Of a stretch of DNA of 64,000 nucleotides, positions 38,498 through 52,069 are shown piece by piece; the stretch's first letter is position 1; the number at the start of each line of letters is the position of its first letter. The DNA comes from Octopus vulgaris (taxonomy: Eukaryota). The stretch spans positions 806,001 to 870,000 of the forward strand of contig OX597836.1 of assembly GCA_951406725.2 (NCBI GenBank), in the 5' to 3' direction. Made by a program: the position numbers and the translations under genes. The notes below the pieces were generated by a model, which saw only the letters and a program-made list of their open reading frames with translations, had not been told where the DNA came from and did not search any database.

Positions 38498-39450
38498 GAC
38501 TAGTTTCCGCTACCTAGGTGACCAAGTTAGTAGTGGGGGTGTATGTTCAGAGAGTGTTACCACTAGAATAAGAATAGCCTGGGCAAAGTTTAGAAAGCTT
38601 CTACCCCTACTGGTGACAAAGGGTCTCTCAATCAGAGTGAAAGGTAGATTGTACGATGCATGTGTGCAAACTGCCATGCTTCACGGTAGTGAAACATGGG
38701 CTGTGACTGTGGAGGACATGCGTAGGCTCGAAAGAAATGAAGCTAGCATGATCCACTGGATGTGTAATGTCAGTGTGCACACACCACAGAGTTTAAGCAC
38801 CCTGAGAGAAATGCTGGACATAAGAAGCATAGGATGTGGCATACAAGAGAGACGTTTACGCTGGTATGTTCATGTACTATAGATGGATGAGGAGAGATGT
38901 GTGAAGAAGTGCCACTCCCGAACTGTTGAAGGGATCTGGGGTAGAGGTAGCCCCAGGAAGATATGGGATGAGGTGGTCAAGCATGACCTTCGAACATTGG
39001 GCCTCACAGAGGCAATGACAAAAGACCGAGACCTCTGGAGATATGCTGTGACTGCGAAGACCCAACAAATAACATGAGTTCATGGCTGTTTCCTGCACCA
39101 GCTTCACTTAGTAGCCCCAGCCCATCCAAAGTACCTTGGATCGTAGGATGACCTGCTGTGCTTACTTTGGATCATAGGGCAACCTGCTGTGCTTGAGGAG
39201 ACCTGTTGAGTCAAGTACATCAACAACAAAATAAAAATCAAATAGAAATTGTAGTTATGATACCTGTGCTGGTGGCAAGTAAAATATACCCACTACACTC
39301 ATGGAGTGGTTGGCATTATAAAGGGCATCCAGCTGTAGAAACACTACCAGATCAGACTGGAGCCTGGTGCAGCCTCCTGGCTTCCCAGACCCTGGTCAAA
39401 CCGTCCAACCCATGCTAGCATGGGAAATGGACGTTAAATGATGATGATAA
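38498..39450 (+). mobile_element. RTE LINE 3' fragment with 3' UTR and (TGA)n tail
   Basis: SFRYLGDQVSSGG..RIRIAWAKFRKLLPLL..LHGSETW..RRLRWY..GRGSPRKIWDEVVKHDL. Confidence 0.9.
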
Positions 39451-39465
39451 TATTTATACATATAC

Positions 39466-39506
<41 letters not shown>

Positions 39507-41613
39507 TATATATATATACATATCATCATCATCATATACATATTATATATACATATTATATATATACATATACATATATATACATACATATATATACATA
39601 TATATACATATACATATATATACATACATATATATATATACATATACATATATATACCTACATATACACATATACATACACATATATTTCCATGGTGTTT
39701 AACCCTTGATCAGCCAGGCGTGTCCTTATCTATAATCAAAAGCATTCCAACTATGAACATCCAGCCATTTTGCACATGTAGGATTGTGTTATACAAACAT
39801 TATTCTTTTATAATGCTTGTATGTGATTTAATGGAGATTTAGCTGTTATTTCAAGTGAGTGGAAAACTGTGCTGAAGCTCTCACAATCTTGTCTTCATTT
39901 GTGTTTCCCAAAATATATGCAAGCATCAAGTTTGTTGATGCCAGTTGAGTTATTTCCCAGTGAGGCAGAAGGTGCCTTAGACATTCGATCAGTAGCAACT
40001 GATAAAATAAGAATCAGATTGAAATAAAATACTAGGATCAAGATGATTAACTGAAACTCTTGAAGGTTGTACTCCAGCATGGCCACATTCCAGTGACTGA
40101 ATCTAGTAAAAAACTTAAAAAGTAACAGAATTTCTTTATTGAAGTGTAATGTTTGTTTACATTCTGATTTCAAATCCGTTGGGTGTTGATCCAATTAAAT
40201 ATCAGTCAAGTACTAGGGGTCAGTTTAACTGACCATTCCACTCTCTGTAAATCTCTGGCCTTGTATCAACCCATCACAAAAACTCTTATTGAGGCTGGTG
40301 AGTCAAACAAAATGCCTTGCAGTATTCCTTTTGGGTTTTTACATTCAAATGCAGCCAAGATAAACTTTGCCATTTATCCTTCCAGGGTCCATAAAATAAT
40401 GAGGTGGATGATAGGATCAACTGAGCCTCAATGCCCTAAATTTGCTGACCTTGTGCACAAATCAGAATCAATTATTATTCATTTGGGAGCAGTCAGCAGA
40501 GTCCTGGGATCTGTGGAATTCCTTGACTCACCCTAGTTGGAGATCCACCTAATACAGGTGGATCGTCATCATCATCATCATCATTGCTGTCATCACCACC
40601 ACTTATTTTTATATCCTCTATACCTCTTTTTTGATTTTCATATAAAACCCATCACATTATGTAACATGTCTTTTTAATAATGTACCCCTTATTTGATACC
40701 CATGGGGCCAATAAAAGAATATTTTTAATTACCTTTGTAACTTGCTTCCTCCTCTTTTCCCTTTATTCTCCCTTGCACCTTTACCTCCTCCCTTTCTCTC
40801 CCACTACTTTTCCTTCTCTCTTAAGTTCCCCTCCCCCGTTATCTAAGTATTTTTTTTGTTTTAGTTCCTTTTTTGTTTGGTTTCTATTCCATTTGTTAAT
40901 TAGCTGGAATACTGCCTTGGCATGTGTGTACGCGTATGTATATGTATGAAAGTGCATGTGTATGTATATGCTAATGTGCATGCATATTGATAGTGTGCAC
41001 GTGTGTGTGTGTGTGTGTGCATTCGGTACTATTTGCATGTGTTTGGACATTGTGTTGGCGTATGAATGCAAATATGTAAGTGTATGTATATCTGCAGTGT
41101 CTGTCCGTGTGTGTGTGTGTGTAAACATGTGCATACATGTGTATATATGTGTTATATGCTGTATGTGTATATGACTACATAATTGTGTGTGTGTTTGTTT
41201 GTGTGTGCATTTCCTCTTCACCAGTCAATGTCTCACACTATCTCTCCTGGTGATTAAAAATATTTCAAAAAAGCAATTATTCTTAGTTTGAAAGGCAAAT
41301 GAATCATAAAGCGTCTGTGTTTGTTGAGATACAAACGTATAGAAAGACACACACACACACACACCTTTGCAAGTATGTCTGCAGATACGATGGGTATTTA
41401 TGTATGTTTTAATGTGTGTGCATATGAGTATATATATTAATGTGTGTGTGTGTGTGTGTGTGTGTACGGAGATAGAGAGAGACATGATGTATGCATAATG
41501 TATATTTGTGTCTGCATATCTATTTATATATCCAACTGTGTGTATGTATTGGTGTATATCTCTCTATCTATCTGTGTCTATGTCTCGATCTATATAACTG
41601 TCAATCCTTCTGT

Positions 41614-41644
<31 letters not shown>

Positions 41645-41687
41645 AACATCTATCCTAAAACAGCTGTGTGTTCCTACATTTATTTAA

Positions 41688-41895
41688 ATGTCTGCTAGAA
41701 ATAACCTCTCCTCTTTGCAACCACCGCCACCACCACCACCACCACCACCGCCACCACCACCACCTTCACCAATACTTGTTTCCATTCCAGGTTTTCTTGC
41801 CATTTCACTGTTTGTAGTAATGGTGGTGGTGGTGGTGGTGCTGGTGGTATCTAGCTGTTGGGGATGTGTGGGCATGCTGCTGGGTGATGCAGATG
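41688..41895 (+). CDS. Candidate first coding exon (signal-peptide-like, phase-1 donor)
   Basis: (TC)n..aaacag acceptor at 41663; in-frame TAA then ATG; MSARNNLSSLQ(P)nSPILVSIPGFLAISLFVVMVVVVVVLVVSSCWGCVGMLLGDAD; donor G|GTAAGT. Caveat: the P and V runs are microsatellites. Confidence 0.4.
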
Positions 41896-42111
41896 GTAAG
41901 TAGGACAGTAGGGGGGGGGGGCGGAGAAGGAAGAATGTTTACTTTTTCATCAACTCTTTCACCTGCAAGATGACCTGCCATATATCTTCCTCCACAACTT
42001 AACCTTCCCTCATACCACCACCACCGCATACCAACTCCCCCTCCCATGCACATTTCTTTCTAGCCTCCACTCTCTGTTTTACTGTCTCCTTCTCCTCACC
42101 TCCCTCTCTCT

Positions 42112-42156
<45 letters not shown>

Positions 42157-42859
42157 TACATACAGTGATGAATGTATACATGTGTATGTTTATCCTGTGC
42201 CACCAAATGATTTTCTCTGCAATACCACCGCAAGCATCAACACAACCACCACATGGAAAACTAACAACAGCAAACACACCCACAACATCAAAACATTGGC
42301 TCCCCCACCACAACCCTGTAAAATCCCTCAAAGCAACTCATTATTAAGTCAACACCATTCCATATCATCACCAACACCCCCCACCACATAAACTGGAGCT
42401 GCCTCCACCACCACCATTACATTCACCAATTTTGTGTTTTTTTAGTAATTTTGTGGGCTTGTTTCATATGTGTGTGTGTGTGTGTGTATGAAAAATAAGG
42501 ATGAATACAAATTTATATTAAAGTTCTTACACGTGTTTCACCATTATGGTTATTTGGAACCCTGCAATAGGTGTTGCAAATGCATTACAGATTACAGATG
42601 CTCAACATTATAGATGTAAACCATAACTCTAGCAGTCATGCATCTCGTGGTACACAGAATTTCTACTATATATATATATATATATATATACAGTACAAAG
42701 TGTACTGGAAACTTTATTTATCACAACAATCATTTCAGCATACTTTTCTGCACTGGTCCCTAGTGGGTAGGGAATGATATAATGAAATCAAATCCAGAAG
42801 AAACCTCATTAGGTGATATAATAGACTTTGATATAATAGGTGATATAATAGGCTTTTAT

Positions 42860-42916
<57 letters not shown>

Positions 42917-43194
42917 GTGTGTGTGCATGTGTATTTAATCATATCAAAGGGAAATGGAAATTAATAGAAATTTTCCCTTCCAGTGGCCTAGCATGAATAA
43001 ATTTAGTCCAAAGACTATGTATTAGTCATAAAATACAGTGTACATTTAAACACATAAGGAATCCACTCGTGGGATTCAACACGCTAGAAAGAACAGCTAA
43101 GTTCTATAACCACAAAATTAGGGATAAAATTTGACAGGAACGAAATGAAAAAATAAAAGCATTTTACCATATATAGTATATATATACCATATAT

Positions 43195-43897
43195 ATGGGC
43201 TGTGACTGTTGAAGACATGCATAAGCTTGCAAGGAATGAAGCCAGTATGCTCTGCTGGATGTGTAATGTCAGTGTGCATACATGACAGAGTGTAAGCGCA
43301 CTGAGAGTAAAGTTGAACTTAAGAAGCATCAGATGTGGTGTGCAAGAGAGACAGCTGCGCTGATATAGTCATATGATGCATATGGATGAGGACAGCTCTG
43401 TGAAAAAGTGTCACACCCTAGCTGTTGAAGGAACCTGTGGAAGAGGTAGACCTCGGATGAGGTGGTGAAGCACGACCATTGACCATAGGGCCTCACCGAG
43501 GCAATGACAAGTGATTGAGATCTTTGGAGATAAGCTGGGCTTGAGAAAACCCGGGAAGCCAAATGAGACCATAACCATGGCCTATGCCAGTGCTGTATAA
43601 TCAACGTATTTAAGAGTACCCTTCAATTACTGGACAATAAACTATGCTTGCAAAGATCTGTTGAGGCAAGTGAAATTGCTGTCTTGGCCGCTGCCAGTAC
43701 CGCCTGACTGGCCCTTGCGTTGGTGGCATGTAAAAGCACCCACTACACTCTTGGAGGTGTTGGCATTAGGAAGGGCATCCTGCAGTAGAAACTTTGCCAG
43801 ATCAGATTGGAGACTTGTGCAGCCTTCTGGCTCACCAGCCCTCAGTCAATCCGTCGAACCCATGCCATCATGGAAAGCAGGCATTAAACGATGATGA
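43195..43897 (+). mobile_element. RTE LINE 3' fragment
   Basis: WAVTVEDMHKLARNEASMLCWMCNVSVH.., paralogous to 38697-39450. Confidence 0.88.
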
Positions 43898-43905
43898 TAT
43901 ATATA

Positions 43906-43957
<52 letters not shown>

Positions 43958-44131
43958 CACATGGTTAAGATATGGTTCCATTACATGAACACAGTTTGCA
44001 TACTTCACTATTTTGGTGAATTGACCAACTTCTTGAAGAGTGAAATTATGGAATGAAAGCTAAAAGATGCCTGTTGCATGTGTACACACACACACAGAAA
44101 TGTTTTATATACATAAAAATTGCATACATAT

Positions 44132-44515
44132 AGGTGCAGGAGTGGCTGTGTGGTAAAGGCTTGCTTCCTAACCACATGGTTCCGGGTTCAGTGCCTCTTC
44201 ATGGCACCTTAGGCAAGTTTCTTCTACTATAGCCTTGGGCCAACCATAACCTTGTGAATGGACTTATTAGATGGAAACTGAAAGAAGCCCATTGTATATA
44301 TATATGTGTGTGTGTGTGTGTTTGTCCCCCTACCATCACTTGACAACTGATGCTGGTGTGTTTATGTCCCTGTAGCTTAGTGGCTTGGCAAAAGAGACTG
44401 ATAGAATAAGTACTAGGCTTACAAAGAATAAATCCAGGGGTTAGTTTGTTCAACTAAAGCGGTGCTCCAGCATGACCACAGTTAATATGACAGAAACAAA
44501 CAAAAGAAATAAAGT
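44132..44515 (+). mobile_element. SINE family B (CpG-decayed)
   Basis: Collinear with 14537-14910. Confidence 0.85.
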
Positions 44516-45254
44516 AAATGAATATGTATATGTACCTACACATGGCTGTGTTAGTGTTTAAGAGTTTGTATGCTTGTGTGAGTGTGTGTGTATATATATA
44601 TATATATGTATATATATGTGTCCCTGCTTCTTGTGATGTGTTTATTGATTGCAAACAAAGGTGTCATTATTCATTCAGTGTCCCTTACTTGCAGTCCACC
44701 ACCACAAAACCAGGTCCAGGCTTCTTGTCATGTTCTCTGATATATATATATGTGATTGTAATGATGATGTTGACAATGGAAATGACGATGATGGCGGTTG
44801 TCAGAAAGAGTTTGATGTCAGCTGGAATGAATTAAGTTGCAAGACATGAATTTTGAAGAAAGTTGTTTCTGTTGCTTAATCCAAGGTCAACTTTGATCAA
44901 ATAGTCATTACGAAAAGCATTACATCCACGACCATCCTGTCTTTACAAAATATGCCTGTGATTCCATCATTCTGTGCATTCTGTCTTATTTATAAGGACT
45001 TGAAGTAAAGGAGATTTAGCTGCTATTTCCAGCAGGTTGAGTGACCACTTATAGACTTATCAATTGTTAGGATTGTTTTCAAGTGTAGTGTTGATGCTGA
45101 TATTAATGATGGTAGGTGTTACTGTGATGGTAGTAGTAGTAGTAGTGGTGGTGGTGGTGTAGTATTAGTAATTGTAATGTAAAAGAGATCATGTTTGTGT
45201 ATCAAGCTTATATCAAAATCCTGTCAACTGATAAGAGTCTGAATAAATGGATGG

Positions 45255-45255
<1 letters not shown>

Positions 45256-45335
<80 letters not shown>

Positions 45336-45336
45336 C

Positions 45337-45435
<99 letters not shown>

Positions 45436-45447
45436 CGTGTGTGTGTG
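45256..45447. repeat. About 190-bp (TG)n microsatellite
   Basis: Direct reading. Confidence 0.95.
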
Positions 45448-46259
45448 CAGATTTGCATGTTTTGAGTTTGCAAAGAAGAAAGAGTAGGACTAAATACAGG
45501 AGTGTAATGTTTATTGCAGGGCTGACGTTACTCCCTGTTTTTAACTCAGAGTTTCTCGTGTGTGTCCCTGGTTTCATAAATGGTGAGCGTTTTGTGTGTG
45601 ACTTTGTATTGATAACAGAAACGAATAAAATGTCAGCCATTGGACAGAAATGGAGTCAAATGAAAAAAAAAAAAAAATAAAGGAGAATAAAATCAAAATA
45701 AAATAATGAATGTATATATAAAGTAAACAGTGTGTGTGTATATACATACATAGGTATGTATATACATGTTGAGTCAATAGCGCAAAAAGAAAATAGAAAG
45801 ATTGATACCATCTGCCAATATGAGATGCACACATGTCTACGAAGACACACACACGGTTACAGACGCACACATTTACTCTCTCTCTCTCTCTCTCTCACAC
45901 GCACACACACACACACACAGTTATAGATGCGCACACATACATGTCGTTACAACATATATGTATATAAGCACACACACACACACATATGCATGTATATATG
46001 TACAGAAGTATAGTGGGATCTTTCTGTCCATCTTTTAGAAAAGATCCATATAGTGTTCTAAATATGACAATTTTAAGTGTAAACTCAGTATATTCATAAA
46101 GTGTGTGTGTACGCATATATATGTGTGTATGTACATACCTGTTTATATGTACATGCTGATTATATATACACACACACACACATATATCCGTACATATACA
46201 TACATGCATATATGTACATGCTTATATATAAACATACATGCAAAAACATACTTATGCAT

Positions 46260-46298
<39 letters not shown>

Positions 46299-46339
46299 TG
46301 TGTGTGTGTATATATGTAAACATATATACATGTATATAT

Positions 46340-46388
<49 letters not shown>

Positions 46389-47598
46389 CACATACATAAA
46401 TACATACATAGACAGACACATACACACACATGTACGTGTGTTTGTGTGTGTGTTTCAAATATAAGCACAAACTATTGCCGTTCATGGCCGAGTGCAATCA
46501 ATCACAAATATCGAACAGTAATTCGCGTGAGCCACACGCCATCGTTTTATTGACCCCAGGAAGGCGGAAAGTCGAAATCTATCTACGTGGAATATGAATT
46601 TAGAATGATGTAGAGAGATGTAACTAAATACCATTTTTTCTGTTTATTTACTGTTTTCAGGCAGCTTGAAGAAGGGCACAAACAACATCAACAACGAAAA
46701 TGACAAAGATTTAGAAATACAAGATGACTCGACACCACATTGTGGAAAGTGCTGCATCAATTGTATTGAATAATGATAATAAATAAATAAATAAACGACG
46801 ATGATGATGATGATGATAATGATAAAATCAACAACAGCAATAATTATGATGAACAAGAAGTTAAGAGCTGTTTTCATTGTGTTGCCGTGTCATTTTCTTA
46901 CCGCGTTTTTCATGGTGACATTTTCTTTAAGAATGTTAAATGTCACCGAAACTACTAAGAAATGGTAAAAGGAAAAAAAAAAGAAGGAAACGGAACAGCA
47001 ATAACAAACCAACAAAAACAAAACAAAAAGAAACGATAACATAAAAGATTTCGAAATCAGATAAAAAAAAAAAAAAAAGAACACGAATAATAAAACTTCC
47101 CCTCTTCCTCTTCTTTATTTCATCCAGATTTTACCAATATTAAAAAGAAGTGAAATTGAATCATTCTTTTAGATTCTTTTATATTTTGTACTTGAAGAAT
47201 TCAATGAATTCGTTTAAAGTTTAAAATTTCTCCTTAGAATTGAATGTAGCACTTGTTACCTTATTTAGTATTTAGTTTGATATGTCGGAGAGAAAAGAAT
47301 GAATAATGTGTTTGTGTGTGTATCTATATACACGTGTGTGCATATTTGTGTACGTGTGTGTATAGGTTTTTAAAGTATTTTTGTGTATTGTGTCTGGGGA
47401 GCGTCAATGTACAGAGCCACACAAAGAATGTTGCAAACCAGATACAAAAAAGATGCTTTTGTGATACAAGCGTGTATGACTGTTCGGTATTGACTGACAC
47501 GGGAAGAGAGGCTTTAAAGAAAATGCTGTTTCCACGTGTATATTTGTGTGTCCCGACTTCATTTTTTTTCGCTTTCTGCTTGCCTTCTGTGACCGCAG

Positions 47599-47654
47599 AA
47601 CAAAGATTATATTTCAACGCCAGTCGGTCACCGATGCTTTTTCGTTATGGATAA
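47599..47654 (+). CDS. Candidate terminal coding exon (E)QRLYFNASRSPMLFRYG*
   Basis: Strong acceptor ttttttttcgctttctgcttgccttctgtgaccgcag at 47598; phase 1 matches donor at 41895; ends Gly-stop. Confidence 0.3.
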
Positions 47655-48304
47655 CAAGATTGACCTTGAAGCTGCATTGCAGATGACAATTTTGTTAAAC
47701 GGGTTAATTTCTAACAGGCAGTATGAAGTGGGTCTTTGCTTTAAAGTGGAACTCGCTCTTATGATCCAAATCTCCATTTTCCGAAACTGTGAGCCACATG
47801 AAAGAACTCAATATGCTACGATGACGATTGAATAGTAAAGATTGTTGTGAATCAAATTCCAGTTGCTCTGTGTATGACGCACGCGCACACGCACACACAC
47901 ACACACAAACGTGCGTGAGTGTATCAGCATTTATAGGTATTTGTATCTTTGTATGTTCATTTATATCTATACGAAACGCGCGCACGCACACCCTGTAAGT
48001 AACATAAATAATACAAGGCTGTTTGGAATTTGAGAAGTATATGCTCCGTGTGTGTGTGTGCGTGTGTGTGTGTGTGTGCGTGTGTGCGCGTGTGTGTGTG
48101 TGTGTGTGTGGTGTTTATATCTCCTGAGGATAAACAGCAGAAGTTAACTTGCCCAAGGGTTAAACATTTTCCACTCCTATTTCTTTTAAGAATACATGTT
48201 CTGGGATTATGTTTAGTATCACAAGTTATTTCATAGCATCATCATATTACTTGGTGAGTGTGTGTGTGTGTATATATATATATTCACACACGCGCACGCG
48301 CACG

Positions 48305-48359
<55 letters not shown>

Positions 48360-48709
48360 GTGCTGTATCATCCGACTAGCCAGAGTTATTTTTACCGGCC
48401 ACCTCCGTCTGGAGATTGCCTTGGGCATGAAACTTGCAATTTCATGTAACAGAAGATTTAAAATGGCGACAAATGATAAGTAAATAAATAATATTGCTCT
48501 ATGTTAGGGATAAGTTTTTGTATGTAATTATTAGCTGCAAATACACCATCAATATATTCCACACGCACACACGTATGAATATGGGTATCGACATATTTAA
48601 GCATTTAATAAATACATATATAAATGAGTATGTATGTATGTATGTATGTATGTATGTATACGTACTCACTCACATGCATACACATACACACACATAATAA
48701 ATGTACATA

Positions 48710-48760
<51 letters not shown>

Positions 48761-49424
48761 GGGGAGAGATTAGGATGACGGGTATGAATTTCTTATAAAT
48801 GGTATTAAGACATAACCACCAGCAACCTGAGAGAGGAATAACAGCCGGCCCCTGGCGGGACTCAAAACGGTAACAATATGACTTCTGTTGTGTGGTTTTC
48901 ACTCGCTTGTCCGGCGACTATATTATAGATGAGACTACAGATTGTCTGCACTTTTCCCTGTCAAAATCCGGCAATGTGTGTCGTTGACAAGTGTGTGACA
49001 TTACAAATGTAAAATTATGCAATGCGGGAAATAAATATCAAGTGGAATAAAATACAAAAATCTTGGAAATGAATTCAATGTAACTCAAAATGTAAAACAA
49101 ACAAATGTTTTACACAGCAAACATTACAGTCTGGCTTTTGTACTTTAACCAATGAATTTTAAATATAGAAAGCGAATGAATATAATCTTAAAATACTCTA
49201 CTTTCAATTTTTATATTCCTTTCATACTCAAAGTGGGACAGGATTTTTTCGTTGTTTTTCTTTTGTGACATACAAACATTTATAGTTTTTCTTGAACTAG
49301 AGTTGCTTTTTTGTTTATTTTTAATTTTCTTATACGTAGTGGAAGGAGGATCTGACGGGAATGTATGTAATGTGGTCAGAATCTAGACTCGACTCTTACA
49401 TTCTCCAAACCCGTTGCCTTTAGA

Positions 49425-49581
49425 CAAGTCATAGACAACCTGCGGGTTGCATGTGGTTCCCAGGAGTTTCTGAATAGCACGACTAACAAAAAACTACCTT
49501 CACTCGTTTTAACAGAGCGGCCCATCAGATGATGAGCCATGTCTGATGGGGCCGCTTCTCGAAAAAGGTTTCCCATACTTG
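49425..49581. mobile_element. hAT/Charlie-like MITE relic with GC-rich internal hairpin
   Basis: Ends caagtcatagacaacct / rc caagtatgggaaacct; hairpin agcggcccatcaga/tctgatggggccgct 49516-49556. Confidence 0.5.
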
Positions 49582-50293
49582 CCTTAGCCTAATGTATCCG
49601 ATTTGCCTGTTCTCCAGTTCGAACAACAACATGTAAATTGGTGGTGGTTTTAGGAAAACTGATTGAAAGGAATCAGTCAGTAACCAAACAGCAGGTGAGA
49701 TAATCGATGAATTGTGTCAGCAAAACTTATTTTGGGCAGTTCAGAAGTTTGCCACAAGTTCTTGCTCAGAAGGGATATGAATATCCTGGCGTTTCCAAAT
49801 ATATGAACTCGTTTACGAAATTCACTATAAAAATTCTTGGTAAAATCCAAAATCCAAGGAAACGAGTGGTGATCTCTGTCAAATTCATGAGGTTGTATTG
49901 GTGTGGGATGGAAAGGAAACTGATGTTCCTGCAAGACGTTTCTCTTGTTTGTAATTTAACAGTTTTTGAATTCTTTACTTAATAACAAAGGATCTTTTAC
50001 AAAGCCATTAATTTATCGATCAAACAACCTCGTCTTTTTCTTTTTTACAAGGAAAAGTAATTCTATTCAAAATCAACACAAAAAGCCGCGTCTCGGCTTT
50101 GTCGATTCATTTATGGGGAACTGTGAAGGACTGAGGTTGTTTTTAAATTCTAGCACTGGACATTATGTAATGTAGCATGGAAAAACATAGAACAATGCTG
50201 CAAACTTGATCCGTTTTTTAGTGTTACCCTGTGCAAAGTGCCCAAAATATCAATAATAATAAGAACACACACACACACACACACATACACTCA

Positions 50294-50340
<47 letters not shown>

Positions 50341-50397
50341 TCTCTCTCTCTCTCTCTTTCTCATATACATAATAACTGCTCACGAAACAGAAATCTT

Positions 50398-50460
50398 ACC
50401 TTCCGCCAAATAGGAAACATTTAAAACTCCAACTTACCTGGAAAATAAGAGAAAAATTTA
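50398..50460 (-). other. Candidate recursive splice site plus cryptic RS-exon
   Basis: Minus strand tttttctcttattttcCAG|GTAAGT (50438/50437); downstream donor AAG|GTAAGA at 50400/50399 gives a 38-nt exon. Confidence 0.55.
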
Positions 50461-50462
50461 TG

Positions 50463-50496
<34 letters not shown>

Positions 50497-50852
50497 GGGG
50501 GTCTTTCTTACATCAAAAGCAATTGGAAGACATGCACAAAAATATCCAAAGCTAACTAACAATGCTCTGTGAGACTCTCCTGATATTTATGAGGTATTGA
50601 TATTCTCTGGAACGTGCCATTGATCATCTTCAGGGGTAATCTGTTAATGTCTTTACACACACGCTTGTGTATCGTTCCAGCGGTGCCATGTACTCTTACA
50701 ATGATGGACATATTCTTCCATTGCCATAGTATATTCTATTTCTAATTGAACAGTTAACTCGAGTGTTTTTCAGGTCACCTTTACACAGCAATATGGTCAT
50801 TAAGGTTTGAGTTAAAGAAACCATCACCATCATCGTCGTCTTCATCACGATT

Positions 50853-51061
50853 GCGAACTGGCAGAATCGTTAGCAAGCCGGAAAAAAAAAATACTTAGCT
50901 GCATTTTATAAGTCTTTATGTTCTGGGTTCAAATTCCGCTGAGGTCGACTCTGCCTTTCATCTTTTTGGGGTCGATAAAATAAATAGATGCGCACTGGGA
51001 TCGGTCTTATCGATTTATCCACTCTTTCGAAATTGCTGGCCTTGTGCCAAAATTTGAAACC

Positions 51062-51062
<1 letters not shown>
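50853..51062 (+). mobile_element. SINE family A (CpG-retaining), followed by a decayed inverted copy at ~51208-51360
   Basis: ctggcagaatcgttagc..gggttcaaattccgctgaggtcgac..ccttgtgccaaaatttgaaacc then (att)n. Confidence 0.85.
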
Positions 51063-51111
<49 letters not shown>

Positions 51112-52069
51112 GGCGTGTCATCATATTTTCCTTCCCTTTTACTGAGTTCGTGAATACCAGTCATTGACCGGATAACGATTTTATTGATTGTATTGTAATA
51201 AAAATAACCTTGGCACAAGGTCACGAATTTTGAACGGAAAAGATGTAATGAGTTGAATGAAGACCGCATTTGGTTGATGCTGTTTTATTGGCCGAGTGGG
51301 GGGGGGTGCGAACGGCAGAGTCAACAAATCTCGTTGCGGGATTTGAACTCAGAACATAAAGCAACGAAAGAGAGCATTACAACAATGATAATAAATCTAG
51401 ATTTAATAGGATCAGCTTCCCAAATAAAACCAAAGAAAGGAAATAAACAGGTAAAAGGAGAAAAAAGAAAACAGCAAATAAATACTAAAAAAAAAGGCTA
51501 AATAAAGGAAAGCAATAACTAAGTATGGCCACCATTTCTGGTTGATTTGAGATTTGGATGGATGTGTATTGATCGGAAGAAAGGGGGGAAAATGAAACAA
51601 AATGATTCAATAAAAGTAAAAAAGGAAAGTCGATATTAATAGGGAATTTAAGTTTTTATTCATGTTTTCTTCATTTCTTTTCTCTTAATATTTTTTTTTC
51701 TATTCGTTTCCTCAATTTCCCTCGTTGAAGGCAATCAGAGAAAATTTAAAGCATACGCCATTCAATGCTAGTGTGGTGGTTGGTGGTCGAAGGAGAAAAG
51801 GGACAGATTTGGGGAAGGAGAGGATTGATTTATTTACTTATTTTTGTATTAGGAAAGTATTTTTATTTTTTGAAGTTAATTTTCATGTTTTTTTTTATTT
51901 CATTTATTTCGTTTTGGGAATATTCTAATTAAAACGGTAATTGTGTAAAACCCGTAAGTTAGTCGAAACTATAAAACCTTATTTAATCTTGTTATTATTG
52001 CAGTCATTGCTAGTCTCGCAATTGTTGTTGTTGTTGTTGTTGCTGTTATTATTATTATCATCATTATTA

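Noticed and set aside
41684-42053. Minus-strand poly-T/poly-G/poly-H ORFs
   Set aside because: Frames closed by nearby stops and lack good splice signals; antisense reading of (CCA)n/(TGG)n
48191-48253. 63-nt plus-strand exon with GTGAGT donor
   Set aside because: AAG acceptor, open only in phase 0, incompatible with neighbouring candidates
49516-49556. ATGATGA..CTGA as a C/D box snoRNA
   Set aside because: Boxes only 7 nt apart with no guide region; explained by the MITE hairpin
49677-49982. Overlapping 85-91 aa ORFs in non-repetitive sequence
   Set aside because: No recognisable domain or convincing splice sites
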